Assembly: GCA_951406725.2 (NCBI GenBank)
Contig: OX597817.1
Coordinates: 156,674,001 to 156,738,000, forward strand
DNA: 64,000 nucleotides
Reading direction: 5' to 3'
From: Octopus vulgaris
Taxonomy: Eukaryota
The notes under the pieces were generated by a model. The model did not search any database and was not told where the DNA came from. It saw nothing but the letters and a program-made list of their open reading frames with translations. Made by a program: the position numbers and the translations under genes. Below are positions 27,026 to 39,600 of this stretch, one piece after another. The stretch's first letter is position 1; the number at the start of each line of letters is the position of its first letter.

Positions 27026-27372
27026 GTAATTATGGATTTTAAGCTGTAGTACCTCGCCAAACCATTGACAGAAACCATAAAACATTACAAAGAACACCCA
27101 AGCCACTTGCTAATATTCATATCCATAAATGTAGAAAAATAACTCATTTTTGCAAGTGCTTTAGAAGTACTGCTACAGAATTTAGGTAATTAAATATCTT
27201 GCTCAAGTAGGATTTTAATCATAGCATCAATGTTCTGATATTTTGTACAAAATATTTGGCCACTACATCATGCATCTGACATCAATAGTATCATGAAAAC
27301 ATTTTTTGGATAACTGCTTATTATGTGGGTTACATCTTCAGTATTAATTTCAGTCTCTCTCTCTCTCTCTTT

Positions 27373-27570
27373 TCTCTTTTACTTGTTTCAGTCATTTGAC
27401 TGCGGCCATGCTGGAGCACCGCCTTTAGTCAAGCAAATCGACCCCGGGACTTATTCTTTGTAAGCCCAGTACTTATTCTATCGGTCTTTCTTTTGCCGAA
27501 CCGCTAAGTGACGGGGACGTAAACACACCAGCATCGGTTGTCAGCATCGGTTGTCAAGCAATGCTAGGGA

Positions 27571-27624
<54 letters not shown>

Positions 27625-27784
27625 CACGACAGGCTTCTTTCAGTTTCCGTCTACCAAATCCACTCACAAGGCATTGGTCGGCCCGGGGCTATAGCTGAAG
27701 ACACTTGCCCAAGATGCCACGCAGTGGGACTGAACCCGGAACCATGTGGTTGGTTAGCAAGCTACTTACCACACAGCCACTCCT
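27373..27784 (-). mobile_element. tRNA-derived SINE (family B) with internal (CA)n
   Basis: The minus strand head is GGAGTGGCTGTGTGGTAAGTAGCTTGC...GGGTTCAGTCCC, then TGGCA[CT]CTTGGGCAAGTGTCTT, ending ...TGAAACAAGTAAAAGAG. Near-identical to 30548-30945. Confidence 0.85.
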
Positions 27785-28899
27785 TAGGTATTATCAGCCA
27801 GTATTAGTATTAATGCGAAATGCCTGGTGTATGTTATTAGTTTTCTGGTGTTAACATCAAAGCCCCAGATCTCATCAAACATCCAAATGATTGTCTCAAA
27901 TGCTGGTATTGGTACTGAAACAACACACATTGTGGAGCACTCATTTATTCTATTCAGAGAGCTCTAAAGATCATATGTTTTAACTGGGTATTTTATTTAC
28001 TTGTTACACACATCCTTTGTAATACATGCTATCATAAGTATGTATTTTCAACCATCCCTAGGTACCTGTAACATAGCTTATCACATACCTTTGAATAGTC
28101 AGGCCATTCACAAATGTTGCTAGATTGGAATGTAGTTTGCCCTTCTTTTACACTAAGATAAGAATATTTATTCTACTCCAGTTTTTTTTTAGATATCAGT
28201 CAAGAATATCATAACTTGGTCAAGGCTCTTCTTCATACCATTCATAATTGTATGCATGAACATATGTGTGTGTATGTATGCATTTGTATGAGCATCTGTG
28301 TGTGTGTGTGTGTGTATATATATATGTATGTATGGGTGTAGGTGCTTGATAACTGTATCCATTGTATGTGTAGATGCATGTATATTTATACATGTGTGTG
28401 TGTGTATGCCTCACCTTTTTGAATATACCTCAGTATCATAAACTTCTAATTATACTTTAAATGCACCCCACTATCATTTTCTTATTGCACCCCTACCTTC
28501 ATATATTTTACCCAAATTATAACCTACTCACCCTACTTCAACTCTGTAGACCTACCTTGTCATATTTTTGCTTCAGTCATCAAATTTGTAATGGTACTCC
28601 ACTTTCATTATTATATCTCTATTTCATATATATATACTCCACCACTATACTGATATCAACCCTAACCTCTGCATTCAAATCCATCACATTATACATGCCC
28701 ACATAAATGGACCAGATGTATAATGGGCTGGATTTGCATGAGAGGGAGTGTGTGTGTGTGTGTGTGTGAAAATGAGAAGAGTGTTGTTTTGTGCGTTTGT
28801 TTGAGTGTAGCAAAAGACAGCTCTGCTGTGTTTATCTATGTGTATGAACGTGTCCAGTGAGCAGCATATATATATATATAGAGAGAGAGAGAGAGGGAG

Positions 28900-30090
28900 A
28901 GGTGTCTCACAAAATTAGATTATGCAAAAATTGTATACTGTTGTCAGTTAAGTCAGGTGTTCAAAGTTTTGATTGTATTAGGTTCACAAGATCTTAACTA
29001 ATCTATTCCCTGAGTATTTTGTTGCTATAATCTAACATTCATGGTTTCTGTGCAGATGTTATTAAAAACATATAGAATCACAATAGAGTAAGTTGATCAA
29101 AAATTGCAAGGCAGGTATAAACTGTCAGTTAAGTACCTCATTGGAGCTCCTTTGGCCATAATGTCTGCCTAAATACTTCATAGCATAGAGGAAAGTAACC
29201 TTTGATTCCATTTGATTACTGCAGTGTGAGTTAGCAATCTTTTTAACCATACACCATAGATTCTCTATGATATTTAGGCCAGGTGACTTACTTGGCTGGG
29301 TAAATACATTGATGATCAACAAAAGAAACAGTAATTGTTTGGGCACTATATATAGGTACCATATCCTAATGGAACAGAAATCTGTATCACCAAATAGCCT
29401 GCTGGTCGATGGAAACTTGAAGTGTTCCAAGATATCTTAGTTCATTGCTACATTGACTGTAACCCTGCGGAAATGCAGTGATTTAATTCTTGCACGTGTC
29501 ATGTCTGTGATAACTTGAAGCTGGACTTCAAAACAGTTGGGTTCTGTGCTTCTCCAGCCCTCCTCTAAGCTCTGTAGCCCTTGTTTCCAAATAAGATACA
29601 ACAGTTACTCTCATCGAGGAAACAACACTTTGTACCTCTACTAAACACTCCACACCTACTTTTCTTTGGCCCCAAATCAACTAACTGCCTCTGATACTAT
29701 CTATTGTTGAATTGAGGCTTAGTGCTGGCTACCATGCAAACGTTCTCCATCTCTTGAAGCCATCTTGTGTCAGGAGTCCCCTTAATGTTCTAATACTCCA
29801 CCCTTATAGATCTCCTACACATTGTCCTACACATCTCCTACACATGGTTCTTTTCCATGGTTCTCTCAAGGCTGCAGTTGATCCACTTGATGGGGCTCCT
29901 CTTTCTACCACACTCTGTTCATTCAGATGATATTTCAAGGAAATGTTTGATACAGAACTCTGAGAACGGCCAATTTTTTCAGTGATAACCATCGGCGTCT
30001 TCTCCCTTTTGTAGAAAGTGTCAATGGTGACCTTTTAGACGACTATTAAATCGGAAGACTTGCACATGACTGCACCAACAGCATTTACTG
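28900..30090 (-). mobile_element. decayed Tc1-like transposon
   Basis: The minus ORF 29125-29430 contains PSKSPGLNIIENLWCMVKK, a degenerate Tc1 WP..SPDLNPIENLW catalytic motif. An HTH-like ITEKIGRSQSSVSNI segment lies at about 29940-29990 and a TIR-like AGGTGTCTCACAAAATTAGA at about 28900. Many frameshifts; boundaries approximate. Confidence 0.6.
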
Positions 30091-30547
30091 CAAAATATAT
30101 GGCGAGGCTAGTTAAGAAGTTTGCTTCTGAACTACATGGTTTTGGGTTCAGTCCCATTGCATGGCATCCTCAGCAAGTATCTTCTACCATAGTGCAAAGT
30201 TAACGAAAATCTTGAGAGTAGTCATAAATAGAAAGACGCCCATTATATATACACACACACACACACACAGATATGTGTATATGTGTGCTTGCTTACACTT
30301 GCACTTCTCCAAAACTCACTAAGCCAACATTGTTGCCATTTACTGTCAACAAACCGTCCATTGACTTTTCACCCTCAAAAATGTGTGCATTAAGAGAAGA
30401 TCCCTTACGTAAGAAGCTGGTATGGGTTAGTGGCAGAAAGCACATCCAACTATAAAAGGAATACCTCAATAATATGTCCTGTATTGGAAAACAGAACAGA
30501 CATAAAGACAAACAAGAAGAGTGAACACACACATGCATAAACACACT

Positions 30548-30945
30548 TACTCTTTTACTTGTTTCAGTCATTTGACTGCGGCCATGCTGGTGCACCGCCT
30601 TTAGTCGAGCAACTCGACCCCGGCACTTATTCTTTTGTAAGCCCAGTACTTATTCTATCGGTCTTTCTTTTGCCGAACCGCTAAGTGACGGGGACATAAA
30701 CACACCAGCATCGGTTGTCAAGCAATGCTAGGGGGACAAACACAGACACACAAACACACACACATATATAAATATACATATATACGACAGGCTTCTTTCA
30801 GTTTCCGTCTACCAAATCCACTCACAAGGCTTTGGTCAGCCCGAGGCTATAGTAGAAGATACTTGCCCAAGGTGCCACGCAGTGGGACTGAACCCGGAAC
30901 CGTGTGGTTGGTAAACAAGCTACTTACCTCACAGCCACTCCTGCG
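30548..30945 (-). mobile_element. family-B SINE, full length
   Basis: Colinear with 27373-27784 from TACTCTTTTACTTGTTTCAGTC to CACAGCCACTCCTGCG. Confidence 0.85.
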
Positions 30946-31956
30946 ACTTACCCAAACACACACACTAACATGCACACTTTTATGCGTTGTTATAGTTAAT
31001 ACATATATCCATCTATCCAAGTCATCCTTCAGGGCGCCCCAAACAAATATCATAACAATTATATAAAAGTATTGGCAAAGAAAGTATTACTCAAATATCG
31101 CACAATATCTGTGCAGCATTTTAAGATGCAGAGAGTTAACTTGTATTGGTCTGTACTCTCATACATATTAGTCTAAAATAATCATTCTAGAAACTAGTGA
31201 GATTGCTTACAGACAAAATGAAACACTTGTACCACATCTCTTATGCATAAGAACTATAAACTTTCTTTGAATAGTCATTGATATTCTAATTTTCTGAGAT
31301 ACACACGGGTATGTAAGTACACAAGCAAGGCACAAATGCAGTTGTTTTGAGCTGAAGGTATGAAAGTAACCTCTGTGTTTGAATTGTGGTGGTCATAGTG
31401 TTGTTAATGGTGGTGATGGTGGTGGTTGTGATGGTCGTAGCAGCACCAGCAGTAGTAGTAGTAGTAATGGCTGCACCAATACTAGTAGTGACAGCATGAG
31501 CACCAGTATGCATTGTACTTGAAAAGGGCCCTTGTCAGTCATCCTGTCCTCTTTGGTGAAGTGGACAGGCTTTACAAAGATTTACTGTTCAAACACCTGT
31601 AACAGGTTTACTCAGTGTGTTATTCTCTAGGCTCAGATATAAGAAAGGGATGAAAGCCACTTCATGCAGAGTACATGGGGAAAAGAATGAGTCTGTTTTA
31701 CTGGTCACTACATAAGAACTGAAATATATTTAAATAAAATGGTGTTTGAATTTTTCTGTTGTTGGCATTACCATGTCGTTTAAATAGATGCTTCAGTTCA
31801 TTGTTTTAGTGTGTCAAAGCCAAAATATTGATAGACTTTCCCTTGTTAAGTAGCTTCTGCCAAGCACATGTAGTTCATCTTCAAAGAAAACTGAATGCCT
31901 ATTGGGCTTCAAAGAAAGCTCAGTAGGCATTAGTCTGTCGACTCTTTAGCCTCCTT

Positions 31957-32184
31957 AACTCTTTTACTTGTTTCAGTCATTTGACTGCGACCATGCTGGA
32001 GCACCGCCTTTAGTCGAGCATATCGACCCCGGGACTTATTCTTTGTAAGCCCAGTACTTATTCTATCGGTCTTTCTTTTGCCGAACCGCTAAGTGACGGG
32101 GACGTAAACACACCAGCATCGGTTGTCAAGCAATGCTAGAGGGACAAACACAGATACACACACATACATATACATATATACGAC
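31957..32184 (-). mobile_element. family-B SINE, 5'-truncated
   Basis: Only the 3' half is present, ending just after the (CA/TA)n linker at ACGACA. Confidence 0.8.
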
Positions 32185-33049
32185 ATCCTTGTTGATTTTT
32201 CTCTCATTAGTTCTAAATAATAATGGATTTATTTCACGTCCTACATTCCACATCAAGTCCTTCTGGTTTGTATGTTAACAGGTTTACTCAATGTGTGATT
32301 CTCTAGGCACAGATATAAGAAAGGGAAATATATACATATGAGAGAGAAAGAAAGAAATGTGTGTATGTATTTAGTGATAACCAAATGTAGTTTCTGTGTA
32401 TCAATATCCTGTTTTCATATTTATTTAATGTTAAATCCAATTTGTCCTTAGAGTCAAGTTTCTGATATGGTAACAAAGAAATGCAAATCTTTCCATGAAG
32501 TACATTGCTAGTCTAGTATTGATAATTTCTCTTGAAAGATTTGCTAGCTGTTCTTAAACTAGGCACACTAAAGTAAGTTGAATTAAATATTTTGCTCTCC
32601 CTTTGAAAGAGGACATGAAATATCTAAAGCTGTCATACAATTTATTGGCTTGTTGGGTATCACTGAAGTTTTTGTCTTATTGTACTGTAACTAATATAAA
32701 TACCAGTTTAGGGAATAACATTATGCTCAAAGTTACACCATTGATAGGATTTGAAATTGGCAGTGTTAACTAAATGCTTGCCCATTACTCACTGATCCTA
32801 GAGTGTACAGTATTTCACTTTCAACAAGAATTAAGTGTTATGGTCGTAGATCTAGCATAGTATTAATTATAGAATCTGAACTCTCAGTAGATTGAGGGTT
32901 AGTACAAAAATTTTTTTTTTTAATAGTTATTGTACCCTTTAAGTGAAAATGCCAAGATGTAATTCACTCCCATGTCATATTGGCATTCAGTCTAAAATAA
33001 GGAGGACATCATCGTATTTTGTACTGCTTCAGAAAGATTTGCAGAACTA

Positions 33050-33434
33050 GGTAGGAGCACTCCGTCGGTTACGACGACAAGGGTTCCGGTTGATCCGTCA
33101 ACGGAACAGCCTGCTCGTGAAATTAACGTGCAAGTGGCTGAGCACTCCACAGACACGTGTACCCTTAACGTAATTCTCGGGGATATTCAGCGTGACACAG
33201 AGAGTGACAAGGCCGGCCCTTTGAAATACAGGTACAACAGAAACAGGAAGTAAGAGTGAGAGAATGTTGTGGTGAAAGAGTACAGCAGGGATCACCACCA
33301 TCCCCTGCCGGAGCCTCGTGGAGCTTTAGGTGTTTTCGCTCAATAAACACTCACAACGCCCGGTCTGGGAATCGAAACCGCAATCCTACGACCTCGAGTC
33401 CGCTACCCTAACCACTGGGCCATTGCGCCTCCAC
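33050..33434 (-). mobile_element. young tRNA-derived SINE (family A)
   Basis: Matches the other family-A copies. 13-bp TSD ATTTGCAGAACTA at 33037-33049 and 33435-33447. Confidence 0.9.
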
Positions 33435-34491
33435 ATTTGCAGAACTAATATGAAGCTGACAGAAAACTTTGTTTTCTAGTGTGGTAAATTTTTTATGATG
33501 AGGTCAACAATCAGAAAACATTACTGATGATGAACCATCTCAGATTCAGACATATAATTTATCTTTAAGCTGCCACTGCATAAGTTTTGTAACGTGAAAC
33601 AAAGCATTTCTGATATCCAGTTGACTGTTACCAGTCATGTTTTGATGCCAATCAATCTAGCTCTTCCAAATTTAGACGATCAACCTACCTTCCTGTCTTT
33701 CATTTAGACATCATGTATCTAAGACTAAGTAACCTAATGTGTCATTCCTTTTTTTTTTTTTTTTTTTTTTGAGGATGTTCTAGAGTATGATTTGAGAAAG
33801 CTATAGTTACCATTTCTAGCAAGTCAGGTAGAAATGACAGCCATAGAGACTCTTGTCTGTGGTTCATGTATTGCTGATAAGGTTCCTGATTCAACAATTT
33901 TCTATTAGATTTACAGTAAGGAAACTGGAGATCAAATGAATTCAATTAAATTTCTTCAGGGTCTTTTTTAATAATTTCGCTCTTTAAGCTACATTCCTTT
34001 TGTTTCTAAATTGTGGGACCAGCATTTGAAACAATAATAAATAATAGGCAGTTTATATAGGTAGGCTCTTTGCTGATTTGTAATTTTGTATTTTCTTTCT
34101 AGTCACTTAATATCTCACAGATATATCTTATCTATCACTGACTATCTAACGGCATTAAACTTCACAATACCTTGGCATAATCATCCTATCTTTTTATACA
34201 TCTAGGACTACATTATTCAGTTGGTTCTTCAACTTCTCTTTAAAACAGTAATATGTGGTTTGAGGGCAAGTTGGCTGCTATTTCTAGCCGCTCAAGTAAC
34301 TACTGGACAGCTTCTTGGTTAACTCCTATTTTGACATAGTTCTGGCCTGTGTCGATGACAGAGTTGGGATGGGCAGGCTGATGTGAAGATATATATAATA
34401 GTTGTAAGCTTATCTCTCATTCAAACTCATGAACTGCAAGACAAAGATCAAACATGAAAAAAACCCAGAAGGAAGTATTAGAAAATGAGAC

Positions 34492-34493
<2 letters not shown>

Positions 34494-34559
<66 letters not shown>

Positions 34560-34581
34560 TTGTGTGTGTGTGTGTGTGTGT
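34494..34581. repeat. (GT)n microsatellite
   Basis: Directly visible. Confidence 0.95.
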
Positions 34582-34714
34582 AAGAGAAGCAGTGTGGAGC
34601 CATAATATTTACAGAACATACACACAACATACACATCCACACATGCATAAATATTAGACATAGATGATGTAGTCATGTATATTTACTTACAAACAACTCT
34701 AAGACATGTATTAA

Positions 34715-34936
34715 CTCTTTAGCATTTAAACTGACCATATCTGGCCAAAATATTCTGCCTGTTTTATGTTCAAACTGACCAGATTTGACCTTTCATACCT
34801 CCCCTACAATATCATTAAAAAAAAATTTTCAATCACGTCATTGAAATCTTGAAACTATGAGATAATGCATGATTAATTCAAAACAATGTGAATAAATAAG
34901 CACTACATTTGAAAGACTAATCTGAATGCTAAAGGG
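34715..34936. mobile_element. TTAA-flanked MITE (piggyBac-like ends)
   Basis: TTAA-CTCTTTAGCATT ... AATGCTAAAGGG-TTAA: terminal inverted repeats flanked by TTAA on both sides. Confidence 0.7.
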
Positions 34937-35283
34937 TTAAGTACTTTCTCTTCCATTTGTACATCATGAATGTACATTAAAATAACATTGTAGAGAGAGA
35001 GAGAGTGTGTGTGTGTGTGATATGTGAGGTAAGCATGATTACATATCCAGACCAAGGTTTAGTTCATTTGACCTTTTGGTTGACTGCACATGTCCGTAGA
35101 CTGAGAACTGAAAAGAACAACAGAAGAAACTTTGGTGTTTGTATATGTAACCTGTGTGCCTAACATTTGATAAATACATGTCTGACTCTACTTATAGCAC
35201 AAGGACATATTGAGCACTCACATGACTTTGTACAACAAAATGTATATGTGTGTGTGTGTGTATGAATAGCTGTTGCTTATATA

Positions 35284-35833
35284 CAGGGTGTCCCCCAAAA
35301 ATTGACATCATTTTGTTGTCTAATAACATAGCCACTTCTCGCTCAAATTATCTCAAATTTTAACAAAATGTGTAAAATCTAAGTTTGGATTAGGCATACG
35401 AGTGATAAGGACAATGTGCTGTTGAAATGGCCACCACATTCACCTGACTGGATACCTTGTGATTTTTTTTTCTATGGGTCTATGTAAAAAGGCTGGTCTA
35501 TATCTCACCTCTTCCTACATGCCTAGAAGAACTCAAGTAGAAAATCACTGAGGTGCTGGAGAATGTTTCACAACACATGCTACAGCATGTTTGACAGGAG
35601 CTGGACTATCGAATTGATTTGTGTCCTGTCACAGGTGGTGCACATATTGAACATTTGTGAAACTATGTGAAATCAGTTATAAGATCTACACCCCTCTAAA
35701 TCTCTTGTTCAAATTTTGATAAATGAATCTTTTATTGTTCAACATGAAGCCTATTTAATTTCGTATACTTTGGACATGTAATTACTCAGATATTCACATT
35801 TCAAATGATGTCAATTTTGGGGGCGACACCCTG
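35284..35833 (+). mobile_element. internally deleted Tc1/mariner-superfamily element
   Basis: ~30-bp TIRs CAGGGTGTCCCCCAAAAATTGACATCATTT / AAATGATGTCAATTTTGGGGGCGACACCCTG with TA flanks. The interior retains a broken transposase C-terminus WPPHSPDWIPCDFF..W.YVKRLVY...GGAHIEHL. Confidence 0.85.
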
Positions 35834-36627
35834 TATATTATAGGCTAATATCATTGGATAATTACTATCTCTATGTATAAATGATATAACAACCACCAGT
35901 AATGTTGCAGTGTTCTTCAAAAATAGCAAAGAAATTATCACTGACCATTTACAGAGACCAATGAATGGCATCAGATACATTGATGGAAGTCACTCTCCAC
36001 TGAGACAGATGACTTCCTGTTAGCAATCAGGGTGGCAAAATGGGATGAGGTGAATTAGGGAATTTGTTGAGGATTCTTCACTCTGTTTAGGAAAACCGAA
36101 GTTGCTTCTTTCCAACTCTGTTGCACCACTTCTTTTTACACTTGTTCATTGCTATTCTAACTTCACATCATTCTTCTCAATGTGATCTAACACTTTCTCA
36201 ATTATGCAATCTCTATATGCAGACTAATTATCTCTTATTGCTCAACTTTGGTTGTTTTCTGTATTTCCAACTTATTACTCAGCAAATGTAGTTAAATTAT
36301 ATTTTTGTTTTGTTTACAGTTTCCCCTTTATGCATACACACTGATATAAGTAAGTGTATGTTGGCAAATTTTATTTTGTGTGTGTATGTAAGTATATATG
36401 TGTGCGTATATATACACACGCATACTTACAAAGCATTCACCCATGATCCATAAATCACATACATCCTTGATATCTGGTGGTATTCATGTGTCTTCTATTG
36501 TCCATCCATAACAGTGTCTTTCTCAATTCAATTCTGATTAGCTTATCTCTCTGGTCTCTTCCGGTCTGGATTATTGGCTTATCATTTTTCAGCCATTAGT
36601 AACCTTTCAGTAATTTTTGCTTTACAG

Positions 36628-39600
36628 GCCGTTGGAAACGTGCCAATGCTATGAAAAGAAAAAAACACAAAAAAAAATCACCCAGTGGTGCACAGATAGA
36701 ACGTGAGGCTGCGAGAGTAAAATCCCCTGGAATAGAGAATAAGGTAGAAGGTGAAGTTTTCAGAACCCCTCCTACAGAAAAGACTGATGTGGAAGAATAT
36801 GAAAAGGTTTTGGAGGATGGTACTATGTACCATGTTAAGCGAATCCGAAAGCATTCACTGTCTCGTGTTAAGAGAAAAATTGTTTCAGAAGATGGTACTG
36901 AAAGATTGGTTGAGGAAAACATTGATATACCTGGAACAGAGACTATTGACAGTATTGAGACTTTTGAACAGCCACCTCGTTCTGTAAGTGTGATTGAAAA
37001 AGTAACAGAAGAACTTCCTTCTGGTAAGGTGGTTGAGCGTAAGATGCAGAATGTTCGAATGGTGCACAAGATCAAGACAACGCACAAACACATTGACCCA
37101 GACCAGACTATCAAATTTGAGGAATATGAAATGGATGAGGTAGTTCCTGGTACAGAAACTTGCTTTTACATTGATGATAAGTCTAATGTTGATGCCAATA
37201 GAACTACTCAGAAGCCTCAGATACCTATTGACAAAAATCTATATCGTGTAGATTTACCATTTGAGCTGGAACGCTTTTACCATGTTGATCAAGACAGGCA
37301 GCAAAAAGAACAGAGTCCTCTTAACCATGTTGAAGTAACTGATGGCCAAATGGTCAAAGGAACTGTTGAACTGCATGTTGATCAACATATCCAGGAAAAG
37401 ATTCAGAAGCCAAACACCAAAGATATCAGACGTATTGAGTTACCACAAGAAGATTCATTCCAAGATAATAATTTCACATCTGATCAAGTTGACAACCAAA
37501 CTCTTGAAACATTCATGTGTAAAAATGTTCCGAGTGCGAAAATGTCAGTTGGTCAGGATCATGTTGATTTGCCAGTGGATACAGATGATGTACATGAAGA
37601 TCTACCAGCTGCTCAAAATGTCAGACGATCTCTTGGTGAAGGTGTCTATCATGTAGACCAGCCTGTTGCTTTGGAAACTTTGCACCGTGTTGAGAAACCT
37701 TCCTTTCAAAGTGGAGAGTATCCTATTGATCAATCAGTTGATAGCATTGAACCAGTTGATGCCAACATTGCGTATAGTCAACAAATTCCATCTGATCAAG
37801 ATTATAACATTGGAAAGCTGTCTGCTCCAGATATTCCACATGTAGAAATTACAAAAATTGAAGATTATGATGAATATTATGATGTACCAGCTGGTGAAGT
37901 GCTGCCAGATACTAAAGTTACCAAACCTACTGGTCCATTTGGTGTCTACCATGTTGATCTTCCAGTGGATCTTGAACAATTACATCGTGTTGACCCACCT
38001 TCCCGTCCAGTCAGCTCTCAAGATATTGACAAATCACTTACTCAAGCTGACATCCCAACTACTCAAGACTTCCCAGAAGGTATTGAACACACTATTGGAG
38101 AGTATCGTACCACACCTGTTGATGTTTTCCAGGTCAAGATCACCAGCTACCTGTTGAGCCACTCTCTCGTAAAGACATTCCTGTAGTTGAGTCATCTCTT
38201 GATCAAATTCATCAGCATGTCCCTATTCCTACTGATCAAAATGTCAGACGCTCGGTTGGTGGAGGTGTATATCATGTAGACCAGCCTGTTGCTCTGGAAA
38301 CTTTGCACCGTGTTGAGAAACCTTGCCTTTCAAAATGGAGAGTATCCTATTGATCAATCAGTTGATAGCATTGAACCAGTTGATGCCAACATTTCGTATA
38401 GTCAACAAATTCCATCTGATCAAGATTATAACATTGGAAAGCTGTCTGCTCCAGATATTCCACACGTAGAAATGAGGAAACCTGAAGATCATGATGAATA
38501 TTATGATGTACCAACTGGTGAAGTGCTGCCAGATACTAAAGTTACCAAACCTACTGGTCCATTTGGTGTCTACCATGTTGATCTTCCAGTGGATCTTGAG
38601 CAATTACATCGTGTTGACACACCTTCTCGTCCAGTCAGCTCTCAAGATATTGACAAATCACTTACTCAAGCTGACATCCCAACTACTCAAGACTTCCCAG
38701 AAGGTATTGAACACACTATTGGAGAGTATCGTACCACACCTGTTGATGTTGTCTTCCAGGTCAAGATCACCAGCTACCTGTAGAGCCACTCTCTCGTAAA
38801 GACATTCCTGTAGTTGAGTCATCTGTTGATCAAATTCATCAGCAAGTCCCTATTCCTACTGATCAAAATGTCAGATGCTCGGTTGGTGGAGGTGTATATC
38901 ATGTAGACCAGCCTGTTGCTCTGGAAACTTTGCACCGTGTTGAGAAACCTTCCTTTCAAAATGGAGAGTATCCTATTGATCAATCAGTTGATAGCATTGA
39001 ACCAGTTGATGCCAACATTTCGTATAGTCAACAAATTCCATCTGATCAAGATTATAACATTGGAAAGCTGTCTGCTCCAGATATTCCATACGTAGAAATG
39101 AGGAAACCTGAAGATCATGATGAATATTATGATGTACCAACTGGTGAAGTGCTGCCAGATACTAAAGTTACCAAACCTACTGGTCCATTTGGTGTCTACC
39201 ATGTTGATCTTCCAGTGGATCTTGAACAATTACATCGTGTTGACCCACCTTCTCGTCCAGTCAGCTCTCAAGATATTGACAAATCACTTACTCAAGCTGA
39301 CATCCCAACTACTCAAGACTTCCCAGAAGGTATTGAACACACTATTGGAGAATATCGTACCACACCTGTTGATGTTTTTCCAGGTCAAGATCACCAGCTA
39401 CCTGTAGAGCCACTCTCTCGTAAAGACATTCCTGTAGTTGAGTCATCTCTTGATCAAATTCATCAGCAAGTCCCTATTCCTACTGATCAAAATGTCAGAC
39501 GCTCGGTTGGTGGAGGTGTATATCATGTAGACCAGCCTGTTGCTCTGGAAACTTTGCACCGTGTTGAGAAACCTTCCTTTCAAAATGGAGAGTATCCTAT

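Noticed and set aside
21901-27042. Calling the ORF a reflectin
   Set aside because: It lacks the canonical reflectin repeat and N-terminal motifs, is far larger and is Ser-rich; the resemblance is compositional only.
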